A stretch of 64,000 nucleotides of DNA from Acidimicrobiia bacterium (GTDB lineage Bacteria; Actinomycetota; Acidimicrobiia; Spongiisociales; ZC4RG35), in assembly GCA_036555105.1 (NCBI GenBank), contig DATBMA010000023.1, forward strand, positions 3,786-67,785, in the 5' to 3' direction. The first letter of the stretch is position 1; each line of letters starts with the position of its first letter. The position numbers and the translations under genes were made by a program. Positions 29,002-40,489 of the stretch are shown in pieces. The notes beneath the pieces are model-generated. The model saw only the letters and a program-made list of their open reading frames with translations, was not told the DNA's origin and made no database searches.

Positions 29002-29661
29002 GTGCTGATCGTCTCCTCGCCACTGTGGCTGGCTTCGACCAACTGCTACGCCATCGCCGCCGAAGCAGGAAGCCAGGCGGTGATCGTCGATGCACCGCCC
29101 GATCCCGAGGGAGTCATCGAGCTCCTGGCCAGACATCGACTCATTCCGGTGGCGCTGGTGGTCACGCACGGCCACGTCGATCATTGCGGAGGTGCCGGTT
29201 CAGTGGTGGGTGCCACCGGTATCACGGCCTACGTCCACCCGGATGACGACTTCCTCACCCTGGATCCCGGCCGGCAGATGCAGATGATGCTCGGCCAAGC
29301 CATCCCCAATGACTTCGCTCCACCCGACTACCTGGCGTTGTCCGGTGGGGAGACGCTGACGCTGGCGGGGTTCGACTTCGAAGTCCGGCACACACCCGGT
29401 CACACGCCCGGGCACTGCTGTTTCTTCGAGGCAGGCGAAGGGCTGCTGTTCAGCGGCGACCAGCTCTTCGCCGGCTCGATCGGAAGGACCGACCTGCCTG
29501 GCGGGGACACTGGTGCGTTGTTTCGTTCCATGCGGGACCACGTGATGACTCTCGATGACGGAGTCAGGGTGCTCCCTGGCCACGGACCCGAGACGACTAT
29601 CGGGCGGGAGCGGCGCACCAACCCATTCAGAGATGAATGGGAGACCCTGGCCCAGTCATAG
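29002..29661 (+). CDS. MBL-fold metallo-hydrolase (glyoxalase II-like)
   Basis: THGHVDHCGG metal-binding motif with downstream His/Asp ligands; ~219 aa. Confidence 0.8.
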   Translation: MLIVSSPLWLASTNCYAIAAEAGSQAVIVDAPPDPEGVIELLARHRLIPVALVVTHGHVDHCGGAGSVVGATGITAYVHPDDDFLTLDPGRQMQMMLGQAIPNDFAPPDYLALSGGETLTLAGFDFEVRHTPGHTPGHCCFFEAGEGLLFSGDQLFAGSIGRTDLPGGDTGALFRSMRDHVMTLDDGVRVLPGHGPETTIGRERRTNPFRDEWETLAQS

Positions 29662-29901
29662 AACGGGTGTATTCGCGTACTTCGAGGTGCTCTGTCGGCG
29701 GTGTCATGTACTCACCTAGGGCTGCAGCCAGCCACATAGCGGCAGATGCACCCATAGGCAGCAACCGGGGATTGCGCCCTCGATATCGACGGGCCGCCCC
29801 ACGGTAACGAGTGTTGTCGACGAGTTGGACGCGTCAATCGTGGGACAGAGCTTGAGGACTACCCTCGCCGCCGAGCTGCGGTTCAACCCGTTCCTGCACC
29901 A

Positions 29902-31107
29902 ATGAGCTTCCGCGCCCCCAAGGGCACCGACGATGTCTTGCCGCCTGCCTCCCTCGTGTGGCGGGAGCTTCTCGCTGCCTGGGAGGACCACGCTTCCCGC
30001 TTCGGCTATCCGCCTGCCTTCACCCCGATCTTCGAAGCGACAGACCTGTTCGAGCGAGGCACCGGGGACGCCACCGATGTCGTCCAGAAGCAGATGTACA
30101 CCTTCCAGGACCGAGGCAACCGCTCGCTGACCCTCCGCCCGGAGGGGACCCCGGGGGTGATGCGCGCCTACTTGGCCAGCGGAGGGCGGGGCATCACCAA
30201 GGTCTCCTACTCGGGCCCGATGTTCCGATATGAGCAGCCCCAGGCCGGGCGGCGCCGCCAGTTCTGGCAGCTCGGGGTCGAATACCTCGGCACCCCCTCA
30301 CCCGTAGCCGACGTCGAGGTGATCGAGCTCGGATTCGCCTATCTGGTGGCAGTCGGCCCCACTCCCGAGGTCAGGATCAACTCGCTGGGAGATCAGGTGT
30401 GCCGACCCGCCTACCTGGATATGTTGCGTGCCTTTCTCAACGAGCGGCGCGAGCGGCTCTGCGAGGACAGCCTGGCCCGGATCGAGACCAACCCGCTCCG
30501 GGTACTCGATTGCAAGGTCTGTGGCCCGGAACTGCTGGACGCGCCGGCGATGGTCGACCACCTGTGCGATGAGTGCGGCGCCCACCATCGAGCGGTCCTC
30601 CACGGCCTCGAAGCACTTGGCATCGCCTTTGTGAGCGATCACCGCCTCGTGCGGGGGCTCGACTACTACACCCGGACCGCCTTCGAATACATTGCCACCG
30701 GCCTCGATGCCGCCCAAAACGCGGTGGGAGGCGGCGGCCGCTACGACGGCTTGGCAGAGGCCCTGGGAGGCCCACCGGTGGCCGGAGTCGGGTTTGCCCT
30801 TGGGCTCGATCGGATCATCCTCGCCTCGGGCCGGACCCCCGGAGCCACGGTCGGGATCTTCTTGGTTGGCGACGGAGTGAGAGTCGGTGAACTGATGGGA
30901 CTGGCCTCGGAGCTGAGAGGGGCGGGGGCGACGGTCGATTTCGATCCGGACGAGCGGTCGATCAAAGCCCAATTCCGGGCAGCGGGGCGATCTGGGGCAT
31001 CGATGATCCTGGTGTTGCGCCCGGAAGGGATCGAAGTGAGGCGTGCGGGGACATCGACCAACCTGAGCCGCGAGGAGGTCGTGTCCATGGTCAAGGAGGG
31101 TCGGTGA
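29902..31107 (+). CDS. hisS: histidine--tRNA ligase
   Basis: Class II motifs (FQDRGNRSLTLRPEGT..., GGGRYDGL) and an anticodon-binding domain. Confidence 0.95.
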   Translation: MSFRAPKGTDDVLPPASLVWRELLAAWEDHASRFGYPPAFTPIFEATDLFERGTGDATDVVQKQMYTFQDRGNRSLTLRPEGTPGVMRAYLASGGRGITKVSYSGPMFRYEQPQAGRRRQFWQLGVEYLGTPSPVADVEVIELGFAYLVAVGPTPEVRINSLGDQVCRPAYLDMLRAFLNERRERLCEDSLARIETNPLRVLDCKVCGPELLDAPAMVDHLCDECGAHHRAVLHGLEALGIAFVSDHRLVRGLDYYTRTAFEYIATGLDAAQNAVGGGGRYDGLAEALGGPPVAGVGFALGLDRIILASGRTPGATVGIFLVGDGVRVGELMGLASELRGAGATVDFDPDERSIKAQFRAAGRSGASMILVLRPEGIEVRRAGTSTNLSREEVVSMVKEGR

Positions 31108-32837
31108 GAAGCATCGGGGCGGGCGCATTGGGGCTCGACCAAGTCGGGAACGGCGTGACGCTGGCGGGCTGGGTGGATCGACGCCGCGACCACGGCGGGG
31201 TGACCTTCATCGATCTGCGCGACCACAGTGGGATCGTCCAGGTCGTGTTCGATCCTGAGTCGATCCCCGATGTGACCGAGCTCCGCATGGAGTACTGCAT
31301 CTCCGTCTCCGGATCTGTTCGCCCGCGCCCACCTGGCACCGAGAACCCCGATCTGGCGACCGGGGCCGTAGAGGTGGCAGCCGGGTCCCTCGAGATCCTC
31401 AGCACGTCCGAAGCGTTGCCCTTCATGATCGATGATCGGACGGAAGTCGAGGAGCTGACCCGGCTCGAGTACCGATACCTCGACCTGAGGAGGCCGCGTA
31501 TGGCCGCCAACCTCAAGGCCCGCAGCCGGGTGGTTGCGGCGATCCGCCAGACCTTCGACCGGGCCGGATTCCTAGAGGTGGAGACTCCCGCCTTGGTGAG
31601 GTCGACCCCGGAGGGGGCTCGGGACATGCTGGTGCCGAGCAGGCTGCAGATCGGGAGCTTCTACGCCCTTCCCCAGTCGCCCCAGCTCTTCAAGCAGCTG
31701 CTGATGGTCTCGGGTGTCGACCGCTACTTCCAGATCGCCCGCTGCTACCGGGACGAGGACTTTCGCTCCGACCGCCAGCTCGAGTTCACTCAGCTCGACA
31801 TGGAGGGGGCCTTTTGGGCCGAGGACGACGTGCAGGGGGCGATCGAGGAGTGCCTGGTGGCGGCGGTGGCCGCGGTCCGCGGAGTCGAGCCCCCGCGGCC
31901 ATTCCGACGGATGACATGGCATCAGGCGATGGATCGCTACGGCTCGGACAAACCCGATCTCCGCTTCGGAATGGAGATCATGGACCTGTCCGAGGTCTTC
32001 AGCGGCACGGGGTTCCGTGCCTTTGCCAACGCGCTGGAGGCCGGAGGGCACGTGCGCGGGATCAACGCCGGTCCCGGAGACTTGAGCCGGGCCAAAGCCG
32101 ACACGTTGACCGAGATCGCCAAGCGGGCAGGGGGCCGCGGGTTGGTCTGGCTGGTGACGGAGCAAGACGGGTCGATTCGATCTCCGATCTCGAAGTTCCT
32201 CACCGAGGACGAAGCTGCCGCTCTCATCTCCGCTATGGCGGCAGTCCCCGGCGACCGCCTCCTGCTCGTCGCCGATTCGTGGAAGGTGGCGGTGGAGGCG
32301 CTTGGCGCATTGAGGCTCGAGCTAGGGCGCCCCCAAGGCCATCAAGACCTCGAGTTCCTGTGGGTGACTGACTTCCCGATGTTCGAGCCTTCGGCCGGCG
32401 GGATCACCTTCCTCCACCATCCCTTCACCGCCCCCCAGGATGTGATGGTCATGGAGGAGCGTCCACTGGAGGCTCTGGCCCGGGCATACGACGTCGTGGT
32501 CAACGGGGTGGAGCTCGGCTCCGGGAGCATCAGGATCCACGACCCCAACATCCAGGAGCGGGTCTTCGAGATCCTCGGAATCTCCAAGGCGGAGGCTGAG
32601 TCCCGCTTCGGATGGTTCTTGCGCGCCCTTCGGTTCGGTCCGCCCCCGCACGGGGGATTCGCGTTCGGAATCGATCGCCTGGTCATGGTTCTGCAGGAGG
32701 AGAATTCGATCCGTGAGGTGATCGCGTTCCCCAAGACCCAATCGGGCAGCGATCCGATGACCGAGAGCCCCTCCGTCGTGGACCCGGCCCAGCTGGCGGA
32801 GCTCGGGATCAAACTGAGCACTCCTCGCCAGGAGTGA
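31104..32837 (+). CDS. aspS: aspartate--tRNA ligase
   Basis: OB-fold N-domain, class IIb core (FQIARCYRDEDFRSDRQLEFTQLDME), GAD insert; GTGA overlap with hisS and an AAGGAGGG RBS. Confidence 0.95.
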   Translation: MRSIGAGALGLDQVGNGVTLAGWVDRRRDHGGVTFIDLRDHSGIVQVVFDPESIPDVTELRMEYCISVSGSVRPRPPGTENPDLATGAVEVAAGSLEILSTSEALPFMIDDRTEVEELTRLEYRYLDLRRPRMAANLKARSRVVAAIRQTFDRAGFLEVETPALVRSTPEGARDMLVPSRLQIGSFYALPQSPQLFKQLLMVSGVDRYFQIARCYRDEDFRSDRQLEFTQLDMEGAFWAEDDVQGAIEECLVAAVAAVRGVEPPRPFRRMTWHQAMDRYGSDKPDLRFGMEIMDLSEVFSGTGFRAFANALEAGGHVRGINAGPGDLSRAKADTLTEIAKRAGGRGLVWLVTEQDGSIRSPISKFLTEDEAAALISAMAAVPGDRLLLVADSWKVAVEALGALRLELGRPQGHQDLEFLWVTDFPMFEPSAGGITFLHHPFTAPQDVMVMEERPLEALARAYDVVVNGVELGSGSIRIHDPNIQERVFEILGISKAEAESRFGWFLRALRFGPPPHGGFAFGIDRLVMVLQEENSIREVIAFPKTQSGSDPMTESPSVVDPAQLAELGIKLSTPRQE

Positions 32838-34156
32838 CTGTGGACCTGTTCGAAGCCAGGGGAGCAGCCCAACTTGGCAGGGTGGCGCCGTTGGCAACCC
32901 GCATGAGGCCAGCCACCCTGGACGAGGTGGTCGGCCAGCCCAACCTGCTCGGCCCGAGAGCATCGTTTCGCCGGCTGGTCGAAGCGGGGCGCCCGATCTC
33001 GATGGTGGTATGGGGTCCTCCCGGCACCGGCAAGACCACCCTGGCGAGGCTGGTGGCCATCAATGCCGACGCGGTGTTCGTCCAACTCTCGGCCACCTCG
33101 GCCGGTGTCAAGGAGGTGAGGGAGGTACTGGCGGCCGCTCGCCAGCGCTTGGAGATGGAAGAGAAGCGGACGGTCCTCTTCCTCGACGAGATCCACCGCT
33201 TCACCAAGAGCCAGCAGGACTCGCTGCTTCCCGGCGTCGAGGAAGGCACCGTGATCTTGGTGGGAGCCACCACCGAGAATCCCTACTTCGAGGTGAACTC
33301 GCCTCTCATCAGCCGCTCGTCGGTCTTCCACCTGAAGCCCCTTTCCCCAGGAGACCTGGGTGTCCTCGTCGAGCGGGCTCTGCAGGACGAGGAACGCGGC
33401 CTCGGTGAGATGGGTCTCTCCCTCAGCCCGGACGCGCAGGAATTGCTCTACAACGGAGTCGGGGGCGACGCCAGGAGAGCGCTCAACTCGCTCGAGGTCG
33501 CTGCCCACCTTGCCCAAGGGGCCGGCCGGACCGAGATTGGCGAAGCCGACATCACCGAGGCCCTCCAAGGCCGCATTATCCGCTACGACAAGGCCGGCGA
33601 CCAGCACTACGACGTCATCTCCGCCTTCATAAAGAGCATGCGAGGCTCCGACCCCGACGCCGCCGTGTTCTGGCTCCACCTGATGCTGGAGGGGGGCGAG
33701 GACCCTGAGTTCATCGCCAGGCGAATGGTGGTGTTTGCCTCAGAAGATGTCGGTCTGGCCGATCCGACCGCCTTGCCGGTGGCGGTGGCGGCTGCCCAGG
33801 CCCTCGCATTGGTGGGCTTGCCCGAGGCTTCGTACAACCTGACCCAGGCGTGCCTACATCTCTCGACCGCCCCCAAGTCGAACTCGGTGGCGACCACGAT
33901 GGCGGCCGCCTCGGCAGCGGTTGCCGAAGTCGATTCACCGATGGTCCCTGCCAACCTGCGGTCGAGCGGGGCCAGGGGCTACGTCTACCCGCACGACCAA
34001 CCAGGACACGTGGTGGGCCAGCGCTACTGGCCGGAGGGCTCCGAGCCACGCACGTTGTACGTCCCTTCGAGCCAGGCGGCGGAGCAGGAGGTGGGCGCTC
34101 GGCTGGAAGAGATCGACGACAAGATGGGGAAGCCGGCGCGTCCGCGCCGCGATTGA
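32834..34156 (+). CDS. rarA: replication-associated recombination protein A (AAA+ ATPase RarA/MgsA)
   Basis: Walker A GPPGTGKTTLA, FLDEIHRF, and a MgsA C-terminal domain; GTGA overlap with aspS. Confidence 0.9.
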   Translation: MTVDLFEARGAAQLGRVAPLATRMRPATLDEVVGQPNLLGPRASFRRLVEAGRPISMVVWGPPGTGKTTLARLVAINADAVFVQLSATSAGVKEVREVLAAARQRLEMEEKRTVLFLDEIHRFTKSQQDSLLPGVEEGTVILVGATTENPYFEVNSPLISRSSVFHLKPLSPGDLGVLVERALQDEERGLGEMGLSLSPDAQELLYNGVGGDARRALNSLEVAAHLAQGAGRTEIGEADITEALQGRIIRYDKAGDQHYDVISAFIKSMRGSDPDAAVFWLHLMLEGGEDPEFIARRMVVFASEDVGLADPTALPVAVAAAQALALVGLPEASYNLTQACLHLSTAPKSNSVATTMAAASAAVAEVDSPMVPANLRSSGARGYVYPHDQPGHVVGQRYWPEGSEPRTLYVPSSQAAEQEVGARLEEIDDKMGKPARPRRD

Positions 34157-34171
34157 GGGCAGAATCGGACC

Positions 34172-34345
34172 GTGCTGAAGAGGCTCTGGTGGTTCGCAGT
34201 CGGGCTGTTGGCCGGTGGCTGGGTAACCGCCCGCGCTCTGCGCAGGCGCCCGGCACCAGATGAGTTGAAGCGGGCTGCCGCCACGAGCGGGGCCGACCTC
34301 CTCAAGTGGACGGCCAAGGCGGTGCGACCGCCCACCCGGGCCTGA
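34172..34345 (+). CDS. candidate 57-aa single-TM mini-protein (absent from the ORF track)
   Basis: GTG 34172 opens an ORF VLKRLWWFAVGLLAGGWVTARALRRRPAPDELKRAAATSGADLLKWTAKAVRPPTRA; third-position GC ~82%; it fills the 217-nt gap between rarA and alaS. Confidence 0.35.
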   Translation: MLKRLWWFAVGLLAGGWVTARALRRRPAPDELKRAAATSGADLLKWTAKAVRPPTRA

Positions 34346-34373
34346 AACAGGCGGCCGGTATCCTCCTGCTCTG

Positions 34374-37001
<2,628 letters not shown>

Positions 37002-37011
37002 GCGGGGTCTT

Positions 37012-37416
37012 ATGAGTCGCATCCTCGGAGTCGATCTGGGAGAGACTCGGGTTGGATTGGCGGTCTCCGATCCGGACGGAGTGATTGCCCTGCCGTTGGA
37101 AGTGGTCGAGAGAGGTGGGGCCGTCGGCCGGATCCTCGAGCTGGCGGCGGACCTGGACCTGAGCGAGGTGGTGATCGGACTCCCGGTGTCCCTCTCCGGC
37201 GAAGAGGGAAGGAGCGCGATCCGCAGTCGTGAGTTCGGGGCGGAGGTGGCAGCCGCCAGCGGCCTCCCGGTCCATCTCGTGGACGAGCGGTTCACAACCC
37301 GGATCGCCGATTCGGCACTAAAGGAACAGGGGAAGTCGGCGCGGGCGAGGCGTGGCTCCATCGATAGGGCGGCGGCCACCGTTATCCTCCAATCGTTCCT
37401 CGACCGCGCTCGATGA
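37012..37416 (+). CDS. ruvX: Holliday-junction-resolvase-like putative pre-16S rRNA nuclease YqgF/RuvX
   Basis: MSRILGVDLGETRVGLAVSD N-terminus and RNase H-like fold; ~134 aa. Confidence 0.9.
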   Translation: MSRILGVDLGETRVGLAVSDPDGVIALPLEVVERGGAVGRILELAADLDLSEVVIGLPVSLSGEEGRSAIRSREFGAEVAAASGLPVHLVDERFTTRIADSALKEQGKSARARRGSIDRAAATVILQSFLDRAR

Positions 37417-38495
37417 CACTCACCCCTTCCACTACCCGTGTTCCGCGCTGGCTGCGCGTTCTGGCGGCGGTCGCAGTGACCGCCATCGTCGTCGTGGTCG
37501 GAGCCACCACCCTGGGCAGGATGGTGGCCGACCGGGTGGGCAGCGGTGGCGGTGGCACCAACGTGACGGTGCTGCCCGGACAAGAAGTCGACGTGAGCAT
37601 CCCGCCAGGCTCCAGCGCCCAGGAGATCGCGGCGATCCTCGCCGCGCAGGGGGTGGTTTCGTCTTCGACGGAGTTCGAGCTCGCAGTCCGAGCCTCAGGC
37701 ACCGCCTCTCAGCTGAAGGCCGGCACCTACACACTGCTCACCGGCATGCAACCCGGCGAAGTGGTGACCCTGCTGGTCAGGGGTCCCGTCGCCGAGACGT
37801 ATCGCATCACTGTCCGCGAGGGGCTCCGAGTGTCGGAGATGCTCGATGTCCTCTCCGAGGCTTCGGGCATCCCGGTCGCTGAACTCGAGGACGCACTCAC
37901 CAATGGCACCGTCACGACGTCACTCCGCCAGATGCCGGCCACACCGGCGGTGGCCGATTGGGAAGGGCTCCTCTTCCCAGACACCTACGAGTTCCTGCGC
38001 ACGGCCACCGCCACCCAGATCTTGCAGAGGCTGGCCGAGACCATGGAGTCGAGAGTCGCCGCCATCGACTGGGCCCGCTTCCAGCAGGCCGGCTTCAACA
38101 AGTATCAGGGCATAGTCATCGCCTCGATGATCGAGTCGGAGGTGAGGGTGCCATCGGAGCGCCCCCTGGTCTCGAGCGTCATCCGAAACCGCCTTGACCA
38201 GGAGATGCCGCTCCAAATCGACGCCACCGTCCTCTATGCACTGGGGACACGGGACATCGCGGAGTTCGACAGCGACTTCGACTCGCCCTTCAACACCTAC
38301 AAAGTCGCCGGCTTGCCACCGGCGCCTATCTCCGCCCCCGGCCGGGCCTCCCTCGAAGCCGCGGCATCGCCGGCGGCGAGCGATTACCTCTTCTACGTCC
38401 TGTCGGCCGCCGATGGGAGCCACACCTTCACCACCAACTACGCCGACCATCAGCAGGCCGTCGCCCAAGCCAAGGCCGACGGAATCATCCCCTGA
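37413..38495 (+). CDS. mltG: endolytic murein transglycosylase MltG (YceG-like)
   Basis: N-terminal TM, LysM-like region and a YceG domain (LLFPDTYEF, ...SMIESE); ATGA overlap with ruvX. Confidence 0.9.
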   Translation: MTLTPSTTRVPRWLRVLAAVAVTAIVVVVGATTLGRMVADRVGSGGGGTNVTVLPGQEVDVSIPPGSSAQEIAAILAAQGVVSSSTEFELAVRASGTASQLKAGTYTLLTGMQPGEVVTLLVRGPVAETYRITVREGLRVSEMLDVLSEASGIPVAELEDALTNGTVTTSLRQMPATPAVADWEGLLFPDTYEFLRTATATQILQRLAETMESRVAAIDWARFQQAGFNKYQGIVIASMIESEVRVPSERPLVSSVIRNRLDQEMPLQIDATVLYALGTRDIAEFDSDFDSPFNTYKVAGLPPAPISAPGRASLEAAASPAASDYLFYVLSAADGSHTFTTNYADHQQAVAQAKADGIIP

Positions 38496-39277
38496 CCATC
38501 CGGCTGCTCCTGGTCGGCGATCCGGTAGATCACTCCCTCTCGCCGATCATCCATCGGGCTGCGATGGAGCTCACCGGGCTGGATGGGGAGTACACCAAGC
38601 AGCGGGCCGACGCCGAAGTGCTGGGGCAGGCAATCAGCCGGCTGCGGGCGGGAGAGCTCGATGGCATCAACGTGACGATGCCGCTCAAGCGGGCCGCCGC
38701 CGGGTTGTGTGACCGGCTCGACCCCCAAGCTCAGCGCACCGGCTCGGTCAACACCATCGTGCGAGTAGGAGATCGGGCGATCGGGCACGACACCGACGTG
38801 ATCGCACTCAAGCTGGCGCTGGAGGAGATGCCCGAGACCGCTCCGCTGCTGATCCTCGGAGCGGGCGGTGCTGCATCGAGCGCGGCCGTGGCCGCTGGTA
38901 GTCGCCCCACCTACGTGGCCGGACGCCGCCCTGGCGCCCTGCAGGCACTGGCTGAGGCCGCCAATCAAGCGGCGGCCGAGGTGCCTTGGGGGGTGCCGGT
39001 GGTAGGGGCGGTTGTGGTCAACGCCACCCCATTGGGAATGGCGGGGGAGGCGCTTCCACCGGGGTTGTTGGCCGTGGCCGGCGGGCTGGTCGACCTCGTC
39101 TATGGGCCGAAGGTGACCCCGGCAGTGGAAATGGCCGCTGACCTGGGAATTCCCGCGGTGGACGGCCTGAGTCACCTGGTCAGGCAGGCGGCCGCCGGAT
39201 TTCAGCTGTGGACCTCCCGGGCCGGGGTCGAGCAAGCCATGATGGAGGCCGCGAAAAGAACTCAAGAGGTTGGTTGA
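38492..39277 (+). CDS. aroE: shikimate dehydrogenase (start codon unresolved; CTG proposed)
   Basis: Essential substrate-binding motif LLLVGDPVDHSLSPIIHRAAMELTGL lies upstream of the first in-frame ATG (38564); no ATG/GTG/TTG between it and the upstream stop; CTG 38492 overlaps the mltG TGA (CTGA). Confidence 0.75.
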   Translation: MTIRLLLVGDPVDHSLSPIIHRAAMELTGLDGEYTKQRADAEVLGQAISRLRAGELDGINVTMPLKRAAAGLCDRLDPQAQRTGSVNTIVRVGDRAIGHDTDVIALKLALEEMPETAPLLILGAGGAASSAAVAAGSRPTYVAGRRPGALQALAEAANQAAAEVPWGVPVVGAVVVNATPLGMAGEALPPGLLAVAGGLVDLVYGPKVTPAVEMAADLGIPAVDGLSHLVRQAAAGFQLWTSRAGVEQAMMEAAKRTQEVG

Positions 39278-39320
39278 AAGGGCCGAAGCTCATTTCGAAC
39301 CTGGCACAAGGAGCTTGCCC

Positions 39321-40412
39321 ATGTCCCTGACCGGGCATCTTGATGTTTTTGCTCTCGAGGAGGTGCTTCGCCTCCTGGCGCGTTCGTACAAGACCGGCTG
39401 CCTGCGGGTGGACGCCGGCGAGGTGCACGGACGCGTCTACCTGTCCTCCGGGACGATCTCGTTCATCACAGCTGGAACAGACGACGATCTGAGGCGCCAA
39501 CTGCTTCGCGCGGGCGTGGCGGACGACGAGAGCCTCCGGGCAATGGAGCGGGGCTCGAGCTGGAGTGATCCCAGCACGACCCGCAGCCAGGGGCTCAGCA
39601 ACTTCGTCAGGGAAGAAGTCGTCGAGAGCCTCTACCGGATCCGCCGCCCCGGACGCGGCCAATTCGTCTTCAATGCCGACGTCGCGCCCCGCTACCCGAT
39701 AGGGCAGAGCTTCGACGTGGAGATGACGATCGCGGACGCCGACCGTCGGGCTGCCGACTGGGCAGACATCGAGGCAATCCTGCCTTCGGTGGAGCTTCCG
39801 ATTCGCATCGTGACTGATGTCGAGGGCGACATCACCGTCTCCCCCTTCGCCTGGAAGCTGATCTCCGCCATGGGCGGCATCGCCACCCCGGCCGGGCTCG
39901 CCGACGGCATGGGCCTCAGCCGATTCGTAGTGGCACGCGAGGTTGCCGATCTGATGCACCGCTCGCTGCTCGAACCTGCCGTGCAGACGGCCGAGCATGA
40001 GCATGAACCTGAGCGGGAGCCCGAGGCCGAGGCCGAGCCTTACTCTTACGAGACCTTCGCCCCGGCAGCCACCGCGGACACGGCCTTGCAGGAGACCTAC
40101 GGCGACGAGCCGATCGCGGACACCGCACCGGCCTTCGAGGAGTCAAACCAGGCCGAGGAGACCCAGGCCCCGGCGGCAGGTGTCGACGGTGGTTGGTGGG
40201 TCGAGCCGGACCGCCCAAGTGGTCAGGCGGCCGACGAGAGCGCACCCGAAGGCCAGGGCGAGGGCACCCCGCTGGCCGATGGCTTCCTCGAGAGGGTCTT
40301 CGCCCAGCTCGAGGAGACCGACGCCGAAGGCACCGCCGAGCAGCCCAGCATCGGACACGGGTTCCTCAAGCGGCGCCGGATGAGCTCGCTCACTCCAGAA
40401 GACCTCACCTGA
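39321..40412 (+). CDS. DUF4388-domain protein with long acidic low-complexity C-terminal tail
   Basis: N-terminal LTGHLDVFALEEVLRLLARSYKTGCLRVDAGEVHGRVYLSSGTISF matches DUF4388/PATAN-like; C-terminal half is highly acidic (HEHEPEREPEAEAEP...); AAGGAGC RBS before ATG 39321. Confidence 0.6.
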   Translation: MSLTGHLDVFALEEVLRLLARSYKTGCLRVDAGEVHGRVYLSSGTISFITAGTDDDLRRQLLRAGVADDESLRAMERGSSWSDPSTTRSQGLSNFVREEVVESLYRIRRPGRGQFVFNADVAPRYPIGQSFDVEMTIADADRRAADWADIEAILPSVELPIRIVTDVEGDITVSPFAWKLISAMGGIATPAGLADGMGLSRFVVAREVADLMHRSLLEPAVQTAEHEHEPEREPEAEAEPYSYETFAPAATADTALQETYGDEPIADTAPAFEESNQAEETQAPAAGVDGGWWVEPDRPSGQAADESAPEGQGEGTPLADGFLERVFAQLEETDAEGTAEQPSIGHGFLKRRRMSSLTPEDLT

Positions 40413-40489
40413 CGCCCGCCGGGCCGGGCTCTCGATCCTTCAGCGAGGTCATTGGCCGCCGATAGGCGGACCGATAAGGTCGACGGCAG

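Noticed and set aside
29716-29991. 91-aa minus-strand ORF in the hisS upstream gap
   Set aside because: Overlaps the hisS start by 90 nt, has no RBS, and has a compositionally odd product
32342-33679. 445-aa minus-strand ORF antisense to aspS/rarA
   Set aside because: Antisense artefact
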